A stretch of 63,986 nt of DNA, counting the filler, from an uncultured Ignavibacteriales bacterium (GTDB lineage: Bacteria > Zixibacteria > MSB-5A5 > GN15 > JAAZOE01), in NCBI GenBank assembly GCA_964611355.1. It is 4 parts of 4 records of this genome, joined end to end, with 100 filler letters (N's around TTAATTAATTAA, not from the genome) between each part and the next. Parts side by side here need not be neighbours in the genome. Positions count along the whole stretch, not along the records: positions 20,582 to 40,919 come from CAZSYD010000041.1; 3 more parts are not named here. One strand, 5' to 3'. Both the position numbers and the translations under genes were made by a program. Below are positions 29,758 through 38,490 of the stretch, one piece after another (within the stretch, counting starts at the first letter, position 1; each line of letters begins with the position of its first letter). A model generated the notes under the pieces. The model did no database searches. It worked only from the letters and a program-made list of their open reading frames with translations, and was not told the origin of the DNA.

Positions 29758-31494
29758 TTAAGCCCGGCGAAGTAAGCGCCGGGTTTGGATTATAGCCTTG
29801 AGAGACAAGATAATAATCCCCAACGACAGGCAGAGAAGAAGAAGGTCGGCCGTGATCAGAATTACTTTGCCGGCCGGAATATAGATATTGACCAACAGGT
29901 AAATAAGCGAGGCGATCGTTGTTATTACCATAAAAACCGCCGGAATGAGCGTATACCAGTTCCTGCGTCCCCGACGGTAAAGCCAGACCGAAACAGCAAT
30001 CAGCGCAAGCGCCGCCATTAGTTGGTTAGACGAACCGAAAAGCGGCCAGATCAGCTTGAAGGCGTTAAAATGGGCCATGAGAAACATGATTACGACCGAT
30101 AACCCGGAATTAAACCAGAATTTTTTCATAATCGGCGGCATGCGTTTAAACAAAAGAGACCAGAATTCCTCAAACAGATAACGGTTAAGCCGCACCGCCG
30201 AATCAAGCGTGGTAACGACAAAATCTTCTATCAGCAAAATACCGAATATCACTCCAATCGAAATCGGAATCCCCAGGCTGCCCTGGATTAGCCCCCCTAC
30301 GGCCAGAGCAAACGCAAGAACCGGGTTCGATCCCTTATCCGGCCAGACGATAGTAAGATAATCATTATATTGAAGCGATGAGGCGATCGTCAACAGCACC
30401 AGCATGGCCAGCGCACCCTCAAGGATCATGCCGCCATACCCGACCCGGCGAGCCGACAATTCGCTGTTGACCTGTTTACTCGATGTTCCCGAGGCCACCA
30501 GCGAATGAAACCCGGAGATCGCTCCGCAGGCGATGGTAATTATCAACATCGGCCATACCATACCAAGGTGCTCCATTCCCGCGGCAAATGAAAAGGTTGG
30601 AAATGATATGGTCAGGCCGGAGAAACCGCCGATGAATATTGATGTCAGCAGGACAGCCATTCCACCATATAATATCTACACATTGGTAAAATCGCGCGGT
30701 TGTAAAATCACCCAGACCGGCGTTCCGGCGGCAAAAATAACATAGATGGAAATAATTATCATCCAAGGCGGCGGCGAGAGACTTACCGGGTAATGAAAAC
30801 CCATTATTACCGAAAAGGCGCAAATCACAGTAGCCAGCAGGTAGCCATAGATGGTTTTTATTCTTTTACGATAGATTAAATATCCCAATATCGGCGCAAA
30901 GAGGGTAATAATTATTACTGAAGTGGAGGAGATTCCCCCGATGATTCCCATTCGTTGCCCATCCACCACGACCGTTTTAAGAAGCGTCTGTCCCGGTTCA
31001 AGCGACAACTTGCCCAGCGGCCACATCGAAGTCAGTGAGATGGCGGTCATATTGAGAAAGGCCGAGGTTACCAGAAAAATCATCAAAAGAGTAAATAGCA
31101 GGAAGAGGAACATACCGGTTCGCCCTAACGATTTTTCGGCAATCTCGCCGATAGATTTGCCTCCTTCACGGATCGAGGCAAACAGCGCCGAATAATCGTG
31201 GACTGCCCCGAAAAAGATACTCCCCAGGATAACCCATATCCAGGCCGGCGCAAAACCGTACAAAATACCAAGCGTCGGGCCGATTATCGGGCCAGCCCCC
31301 GCAATAGTCGAAAAATGATGGGCAAAGAGAACATGGGTTTTGGTCGGGATAAAATCCTTGTTGTCAAATTTTACGCTGGCCGGAGTCAAGCGGGCGTTAT
31401 CTTCACCCATCCGGCGGCCGATAAACCGGCCGTAAAACCTGTACCCCAGCCAGAGTGCGGCGAACGCTGCAATAAAAGGAAAAAGTATATTCAT
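29758..31494 (-). pseudogene. cstA: Carbon starvation protein A-family transporter with in-frame TAG
   Basis: HHFSTIAGAGPI, LQPRDFTNV*ILYGG, ITIACGAISGFHSL; stop at 30678-30676, both ORFs in the same frame. Confidence 0.85.
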
Positions 31495-31641
31495 GTCGAG
31501 CGTATCTCAACGACGAATATTTTATTTGCCAATTGCGACCAATATAGCCATTTTGACGCTTGCACACAAGAGAGTCGAGAAAACGTGAAACATGATCTTT
31601 TTTACGACGTATTGTATATGCGAACGTACAGGAGAGAATAA

Positions 31642-32802
31642 ATGGCAGTCAAATACACCCGGAAGATAATTTTTTCACTGTTGCTGCTGGCCCTTGCCTT
31701 CTTGTCCAGCACCGCTCATGCTTCCGTTTTCAAGAAGAGCGGCCGGTATTTCGTTCCTGCCGGTGATACCATTAATGATGATGTTGCTTTATTTACCGGT
31801 GAAGGTGTTATCAATGGAGTTATCACCAATGACTTATACATAGGCTCACGGGAATATACTGTCTCCGGCGAGGTCAACGGCAGTCTCAATTCTTTCTCCC
31901 AGAACGCAGCTATCCGCGGCATTATCGGAAATACGGCCAATATTTTCGCCTATAAACTCACCGTTGACGGTCAAGTCGAAAACAATCTGACGGCTTTCGC
32001 TTATAAAATCGAGCTTTCGCGCGGCAGCCGGATCGGTAAAGACGCTTTCCTTGCGGGCGCGGAAATATCAGTAACGGGCGAGGTCGGCAGAAACCTTAAC
32101 ATCGACGGCGATCATGTCGTCATTTCAGGCAAAATCGGCGGCGATCTGAATATAAAGGGCGGAAAAATGTCAATCGTTGCTCCGGCTGAAATCCTGGGTG
32201 ACGTAGAATATAAAAGCTCCAGAGAAATAAAAATCGATGATGGCGTAGTAATTCACGGCATTGTTAACTGGAAAAAAATAACTCCGAAAGAAGACAAAGA
32301 AGAGGCAGGAACAAGTTGGCCATTTCGGATAATCCTGTTTCTCTGCGCCCTGATAACCGGCCTGATTATCATCCCTCTATTCAATCAACATACCAGGGCC
32401 GCCGCCGGGCAGATTGCCGAAAAACCACTTGTTGCTCTCGGGCTTGGATTTGTCGCCTTTTGCGTTTCCCCGTTTCTCATAACTATCCTTACGCTGACCG
32501 TCATCGGCATACCGGCGGCTATAATTCTACTTTTTGTCTTTGCTATTTTCTTTTATATCGCCAAGGTTTATGTCAGCATCGCCCTTGGCCGCCTGATCGT
32601 TCGCGCGTTCCGCAAAGGGGTTGAGCCTAAACAAGGCTGGTCGCTTATCCTGGGCCTGATTATTCTGACATTGCTTTTTACGATCCCGGTAATCGGCTGG
32701 ATTATATACTTTGGCGTTATCTTTTTCGGTTTTGGAGCCATTATCATGGGCTACCGCAAATTGCGAACGGCAATGCCACAATCTGAACCACAACCAACAT
32801 AA
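31642..32802 (+). CDS. Bactofilin/polymer-forming-like beta-helix protein with C-terminal membrane domain
   Basis: Signal peptide, repeated (I/V)xGxV..(D/N)L units, several C-terminal TM helices. Confidence 0.75.
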   Translation: MAVKYTRKIIFSLLLLALAFLSSTAHASVFKKSGRYFVPAGDTINDDVALFTGEGVINGVITNDLYIGSREYTVSGEVNGSLNSFSQNAAIRGIIGNTANIFAYKLTVDGQVENNLTAFAYKIELSRGSRIGKDAFLAGAEISVTGEVGRNLNIDGDHVVISGKIGGDLNIKGGKMSIVAPAEILGDVEYKSSREIKIDDGVVIHGIVNWKKITPKEDKEEAGTSWPFRIILFLCALITGLIIIPLFNQHTRAAAGQIAEKPLVALGLGFVAFCVSPFLITILTLTVIGIPAAIILLFVFAIFFYIAKVYVSIALGRLIVRAFRKGVEPKQGWSLILGLIILTLLFTIPVIGWIIYFGVIFFGFGAIIMGYRKLRTAMPQSEPQPT

Positions 32803-32958
32803 TAGATACAATTCTATTATTTTTTAACTCTGACGAACTCCAATCGTGGGATTCATCCCGTATGATTCGATTTTCCGCTTGACAATCGAAATAGAAATAC
32901 TTTTTTTGAACTAAATGATGATTCAAGAGAACTCGTAAGTAGTCCGATAAAATTAATA

Positions 32959-33600
32959 ATGGATTTTAACGAACTAAATAATAAGTCAGGCGAACCTATT
33001 ATAGGTTCTACTTCTGCCATTGCGGATGCCCTTTTCCCTAAAGGCAAAAGGAAGATACTGACTCTTTTCTTCCTGCATCCGGATAAACGGTTCTACTACC
33101 GGGAAGTGATAAGACTTATCGGTTCCACGCCGGGGCCGGTCCTCAGAGAGTTGAGAACCTTAACCAAGGCTGGTATACTCGAAGTTGAGCCTGTCGGCAT
33201 TCAGAAGTTTTACAAGGCCAACCGCGACTGCCCGATTTTTTCGGAATTGCGTGGTATTGTCCAGAAGACTTTTGGAATTGCCAATGTTCTCGCAGAGACC
33301 CTCAAGGCTCACGAGGATAGAATAAGAATAGCCATGATTTATGGTTCCGTTGCCACCGGTGAAGATACGGCCAAAAGCGATATCGACCTGCTGGTGGTCG
33401 GTAATCTCTCTTTTCGGGAGTTGTCGCTGATTCTGAGCGACGTTGAAGGGAGCCTGAACCGCCCTGTTAATCCTACCCTTTATTCGGTTGAACAGTTTGC
33501 CAAGGAGTTGGCCGCCAACAATCATTTTATTAAATCGGTGCTGAGCTCGAAAACGATCTACCTGATAGGTTCGAAGGATGCCGCTGAAGAACTGGCTTAA
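32959..33600 (+). CDS. wHTH + minimal nucleotidyltransferase (MNT) antitoxin
   Basis: N-terminal wHTH; GSVATGEDTAKSDID fits GSX10DXD. Confidence 0.88.
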   Translation: MDFNELNNKSGEPIIGSTSAIADALFPKGKRKILTLFFLHPDKRFYYREVIRLIGSTPGPVLRELRTLTKAGILEVEPVGIQKFYKANRDCPIFSELRGIVQKTFGIANVLAETLKAHEDRIRIAMIYGSVATGEDTAKSDIDLLVVGNLSFRELSLILSDVEGSLNRPVNPTLYSVEQFAKELAANNHFIKSVLSSKTIYLIGSKDAAEELA

Positions 33601-34036
33601 AAGAGATCGTATCCGGCGGCAAAAGACCAGTCGGGAGGAAATCGCCGCAATTTTCGGCAAAATTGATCGCGACATTGCCGAATCGAAAAAGTCCGATATC
33701 ACCCTCGACTGGCGTTTGGTGATAGCCTATAACGCAACCCTCGGTTGCGCCACGGCTGCTTTGCGCGCCACCGGGTACCGTATCCCTCCCGGAGGCGGCA
33801 ATCATATATTAACGATCGATTCGTTGCAGTTCACTATGGGTATTGAAAAAGAAATGCTCATCGCTCTTCACGCCTTCAGAAAGAAACGGCATTTCACCAG
33901 CTACGATGCCGCCGGAACCATATCGGAACAGGAGGTCATTGAGACCATCGAAATCGCCGAGGAATTGCGCGATATGGTATATAGATGGATGCAGAAAAAT
34001 CATCCGGAGTTGATGCGGCCGGCCAACAGCAGATAA
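33578..34036 (+). CDS. HEPN-domain protein (toxin partner of MNT)
   Basis: AYNA..ALRATGYR..H, RKKRHFTSYD (RX4Y); overlaps the MNT gene by 23 bp. Confidence 0.78.
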   Translation: MPLKNWLKRDRIRRQKTSREEIAAIFGKIDRDIAESKKSDITLDWRLVIAYNATLGCATAALRATGYRIPPGGGNHILTIDSLQFTMGIEKEMLIALHAFRKKRHFTSYDAAGTISEQEVIETIEIAEELRDMVYRWMQKNHPELMRPANSR

Positions 34037-34091
34037 AACGGCTCGACTACCGTAAACATGCCGAAAAATACATCCTCCGCCCTGTCATACA

Positions 34092-35795
34092 TTAAAACCC
34101 CGCCACGTATCCCGGGCCGCGGGGGTCGGCCACGCCGGTGATAAACACGCCGCCCTGCGAAAATCCAAGCGCCATCACCTCACAGTAAGGCGTTCGCTCT
34201 TCGACTAAATGCCCCATATTGATCAATTTCCTGATGATGTTTATGTCATACCCGTTCCGCTCCAGGAAAACCTTGTCCGGCAGCCACTGATGATGAAAAC
34301 GAGGCGCGCTCACCGCTTCGGCGACGGTCATACCGTAAACGCGACGGTTGATAATTGTCTGCGCCACGGCGGTAATAATCTTCGATCCCCCCGGCGAACC
34401 AAGAGCCATATAAGGCTGCCCCGAATCGAATATAATCGTGGGTGTCATCGACGAAAGCATCCGCTTGCCCGGTTCGATTTTATTCGCTTCGCCTCCCACC
34501 AGGCCGAAAACATTCGGCTCGCCCGCCTTGACGGCAAAATCGTCCATTTCGTTATTAAGCAAAAAACCGCATCCCGGCACTACCGCCCCGCAGCCATAAG
34601 AGAGATTAATAGTATATGTCAGTGACACGATATTGCCGCTGCTGTCGGCTGTAACCAGGTGGGTAGTCTGATCCGATTCGCGCCGTCCTTTCGGCATGCC
34701 GGGAAGGACATCCTCCGATGACGAGGCTCGATTTGCATCGACTGATTTGCACCGGTTAGTAATATAACTTTCTTCCAGCAGCGTCTCGGTCAGGTCGGGC
34801 GTAAAGGCCGGATCGCCCAGATACTCAGCCCGATCGGCATAAGAGCGCCGCGCAGCTTCGATAAACAGGTGCATATATTCAGGAGAATCGGCAGTGTATT
34901 TTTCCAGTTCAAAAGGCTCCAGCATCCCCAGTATCTGACCTGCGACAATACCGCCGGAAGATGGTAATCCCGCGCAGTATATATCAAGCCGGCGGAACCT
35001 GAAACTGACCGGATCCCGCCAGATCGGTTCATACTCCTCGAGGTCTTTCATGGTAATCAGACCGTGGTTGTCGGCACAGTAATCGGCGATCTTTTGCGCC
35101 GTCTCTCCGCGATAGAAACCATTGCGGCCGTGAACTTCGACAGCCGTCAGCGTACCTCCCAGGTCAGTCTGAACCAGCCGATCACCCGCTTTTGGGTTTT
35201 TCCCGTCAGGGAAAAAGACAGCCTCGGTCGCAGGGAATTTCCCCAAACACTCGGTATGCTCGGCCAGCGATGCGGCCAGATTTTCATCGACGATAAAACC
35301 GGTGTCGGCCAGCATCCGGGCGAGATGTACCAAGTCCCGCCACTGTTTTTTGCCGAATTTCCGGTGCATCTCAAACAGCCCGGCCACTGTCCCAGGCGTT
35401 CCTGAAGCGGACGGACCGTATAACGCCTTGTCGCGATCAACGTCGCCGTTCCCATTGAGATAAAGCTCCGCTGTTGCCCCGGCCGGGGCCGTTTCCCGGA
35501 AATCAAGATAAAACACTTTTTGCGAATCAGCCGAGTAAATCAGAGCAAACCCGCCGCCGCCGATATTGCCTGCCTTCGGATAAGTTACCGCCAGAACCAG
35601 CGCCGTGGCGCAGGCGGCGTCAATTGCATTGCCGCCTTCTCTTAGAATCCGCAGGCCAGTCTCGGAAGCAATCCGATCGGAAGAAACCACGGCTCCGCTC
35701 CGGTACACTTTTTCCCGGTCGGTTATATCACAAGATAACGAAAGCAACAGAAACGATACTACAACAGACGTTTTGAATATGTAACGCATAGCCAA
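34092..35795 (-). CDS. ggt: Gamma-glutamyltransferase
   Basis: GGNAIDAA, GNIGGGGF, LDFRETAP, catalytic TTH, LNNEMDDF, LSSMTP, GSPGG. Confidence 0.95.
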   Translation of the reverse strand: MAMRYIFKTSVVVSFLLLSLSCDITDREKVYRSGAVVSSDRIASETGLRILREGGNAIDAACATALVLAVTYPKAGNIGGGGFALIYSADSQKVFYLDFRETAPAGATAELYLNGNGDVDRDKALYGPSASGTPGTVAGLFEMHRKFGKKQWRDLVHLARMLADTGFIVDENLAASLAEHTECLGKFPATEAVFFPDGKNPKAGDRLVQTDLGGTLTAVEVHGRNGFYRGETAQKIADYCADNHGLITMKDLEEYEPIWRDPVSFRFRRLDIYCAGLPSSGGIVAGQILGMLEPFELEKYTADSPEYMHLFIEAARRSYADRAEYLGDPAFTPDLTETLLEESYITNRCKSVDANRASSSEDVLPGMPKGRRESDQTTHLVTADSSGNIVSLTYTINLSYGCGAVVPGCGFLLNNEMDDFAVKAGEPNVFGLVGGEANKIEPGKRMLSSMTPTIIFDSGQPYMALGSPGGSKIITAVAQTIINRRVYGMTVAEAVSAPRFHHQWLPDKVFLERNGYDINIIRKLINMGHLVEERTPYCEVMALGFSQGGVFITGVADPRGPGYVAGF

Positions 35796-36013
35796 TACCC
35801 CCGCCTAAAAGACAACACTGCCGACTACATAATAATCGCCAGGGCCTGCCATACAATTATGCACTCGGAGCAGATTGATCAAAAAAGGGATTATTAATTC
35901 GCTGAAACCTAGGGTCTTGCCAAGCTTCATTGATTATTAAAAGCCATACCAAACGTTTTATGCGTCCGTCCGAAAAAACAATGCGTGCGGCTGATATTCA
36001 AAACCGTTTACGC

Positions 36014-38197
36014 CTACTTTTTCTCCACGAGTAATATCTTGCCGTCCGGGAATTCAACATCGATCAAAATACCGTTTTTCAACTCGTCCACGGATGTTTT
36101 GATCGGCTCGGCTTCCTCGTCGGCAAATTGATTGACCAGCTTTATCCTGGTCCCCTTAAAGCCGAGTTTCCTCAGGTCAACCTTCAACAGAATCTGCTTT
36201 GTACGGATATCAGTGGTGTCGCTTAACTCTCCCGGCGGAGGCGCCAGAAGAAAAATAACAAAGACCTTTTCGGTTTTCTGAATGATAACCTCAACGTTGA
36301 TGTCGGAAACATATACTGCCGGAGTTGACTTGGTTTCCGCCAGAACCGATTCCAAATATAACAGTTTCCTGAAATCACCTCCTGAAGCTAGGTCAAAGGT
36401 AAAAAGGAAGACCTTACCCTTAAATCGATTCGAAACCGCGCCGACGAGTCTGCCTTTGACGGTGGCTAATCTTTTGACCTTTGAGTCAACGGTTCGTATC
36501 GTGCCATAAAGATACGATGCGAATCTCGATTTGCGGTCGCACTCGACCTCGCCGATACCCTCGCCCTGATTGGTTTTCATATGCAGCACCCTGGACAGAA
36601 TGGCCGTGTCCCGGCCGTTTTCATCATAGCGCGGCAAAAGACCAATCAGGATAACGTTGATGCCCTTTTCAATAAGCCCGATAATATTTTCCTGTGCTTT
36701 CGGCGACATCACCTCGGCGACGGCTACCATAACCGTCTTGAACTTCATCAGTTTTTCGGGATAATCAATATCACCGACACCGAAGTCAAAACGAAGTCGG
36801 CTGAAATCTCGGCATATCCCATTGAAGGAGGCGTACGTCAAGCGGCTTATGTATCCGAACTTCTTTGGATCAGGCAAATCGCACATCCATTGGTAGGGTC
36901 GGTAAAAGGCGGCAGCCAGTGATTTGTTCGATTCGAGGCTGCTGACTTGCATCCTGGGAATGGCGATATTGAGTCGTTTGATTATCTCGAAACCGGTCCC
37001 GATAGTACCGTCCTGATCTACCGGCGCGCCGTACCAATGATCCCGATTGACAAACATGTAATGGTTGAAACCCTTAAAGCCGCCCGCCAGCCCCGACGCA
37101 ATAAAGAACCGCCTGTGTCCATCCGTTATCGGAAAGACGGCTTCCGAATCGGTTCGATTTGTGGTCATACTGCCGGAGACAAATGCCGGCGACCAGGCGA
37201 AATCGGTCATCATACGCATATACCGCGCCTTCTGCATCAGATCAAAAGCGGTACCGTCCGGAAACACCGAGGCTCCAACCAGATGTTCCTCCTCATCCTG
37301 TGTCCGCAACATAAAGGCCGGGAGAGGCCGGTCCTTATCGAAATATAGCGAACGGAAGAAAAACGGCAGGACCGTATATGATTTGAACAACTCTTCCAAA
37401 CCGGTGAGGAACTCCGACAGGTACCACTCCTTGAATCGGAACCAGTCAAAAACCCCGGGCAGATGCTTCAAATCAACCCCGGAAAAATCCCGGGGCGGCT
37501 CCACATCGGAAAAACTCCTGTTCCTTTCGCGATAGACTGCGTTGAGATGCTTGACCTCACCATATTTTTTCTCAAGGAAAAGAGGATACAAAGTGCCGAT
37601 TACATATTCATTATAATCCGCATCACCGGGCCTGGTCTTATGCCCAAATGACGTTTCAAAATCAAACTCTACCATAAATATCGGCCCGCGCGGATGAATA
37701 TAATTTCTGGTCGTCTCAATCAGGTTCTTGAGGTAGTTTTTCAAAAAATGCTGGAAATGGGGATGAAGATAACTAACCAGTTTACCACCCGGCACCCCTG
37801 CAATTTCATCAAGCGGAACCGTATTCCCCTCGGCATCGCGGGCCAGAAGAGTCTTATCTTCCAAGATAAAATCAGGAATACCGCCGTTAGGCCACTGACC
37901 GGAAATCCAGGGACCAGGGCGTAAAATAACTTTGAAGCCGAACTCACGAGCCAGTTCCAGAAATACGACCAAGTCTTTGCGAGAATCCTGAAATCCATTG
38001 AAATCGATTTCCTTGTTTTTATCCTGATGAAGGTTCCACGGAACGGCGGTAGAAATAATGCGAAAACCGGCTCTTTTTATTCTCTCAAAACAAACCGACC
38101 AGTACCGTTTATTCACGCGGAAATAATGCATTTCGACCGAAAATGGGTAGTAGATATCTTTCCCTATCGTCAGTCGGTTCTGATCAACGCCAAGCAT
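36014..38197 (-). CDS. Divergent GH35/GH42-like beta-galactosidase-family protein
   Basis: MHYFRV, VPWNLH, ILRPGPWI..W.NGG.P, GFNHYMF; C-terminal trimerisation-like region. Confidence 0.75.
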   Translation of the reverse strand: MLGVDQNRLTIGKDIYYPFSVEMHYFRVNKRYWSVCFERIKRAGFRIISTAVPWNLHQDKNKEIDFNGFQDSRKDLVVFLELAREFGFKVILRPGPWISGQWPNGGIPDFILEDKTLLARDAEGNTVPLDEIAGVPGGKLVSYLHPHFQHFLKNYLKNLIETTRNYIHPRGPIFMVEFDFETSFGHKTRPGDADYNEYVIGTLYPLFLEKKYGEVKHLNAVYRERNRSFSDVEPPRDFSGVDLKHLPGVFDWFRFKEWYLSEFLTGLEELFKSYTVLPFFFRSLYFDKDRPLPAFMLRTQDEEEHLVGASVFPDGTAFDLMQKARYMRMMTDFAWSPAFVSGSMTTNRTDSEAVFPITDGHRRFFIASGLAGGFKGFNHYMFVNRDHWYGAPVDQDGTIGTGFEIIKRLNIAIPRMQVSSLESNKSLAAAFYRPYQWMCDLPDPKKFGYISRLTYASFNGICRDFSRLRFDFGVGDIDYPEKLMKFKTVMVAVAEVMSPKAQENIIGLIEKGINVILIGLLPRYDENGRDTAILSRVLHMKTNQGEGIGEVECDRKSRFASYLYGTIRTVDSKVKRLATVKGRLVGAVSNRFKGKVFLFTFDLASGGDFRKLLYLESVLAETKSTPAVYVSDINVEVIIQKTEKVFVIFLLAPPPGELSDTTDIRTKQILLKVDLRKLGFKGTRIKLVNQFADEEAEPIKTSVDELKNGILIDVEFPDGKILLVEKK

Positions 38198-38252
38198 ATA
38201 ACTCCCTGAAACCTAATAAGTTACGAAACAAGAAACATATCGCCACCCGATA

Positions 38253-38281
38253 ATTCTAACAAATTATGATCGGAATGTCAA
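38253..38281 (-). promoter_or_regulatory. sigma70-type promoter
   Basis: Minus strand TTGACA-N17-TAGAAT. Confidence 0.6.
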
Positions 38282-38490
38282 CCAAAATCGCAATTCAAAC
38301 CTCTCCGACCCATCCAACCCGTTGCAGATCAAAGGGTTTCGCGTATAATACAGAGAGCGAGCACGTTGAACCGGCGAAACGGGCGGTCTTCAATGACAAC
38401 CCCTAAAATGTGAATCCTTATAAATCTTCATAACTTATTGTAATGCAGTGGGTTATTGGAATATCTCCCGCGGATTTACGGAATAGGCGG

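Noticed and set aside
30676..30678. Genetic-code reassignment or pyrrolysine readthrough
   Set aside because: TAG terminates normal genes in this window (oadB, nurA, katA); a single case fits a nonsense mutation or error better
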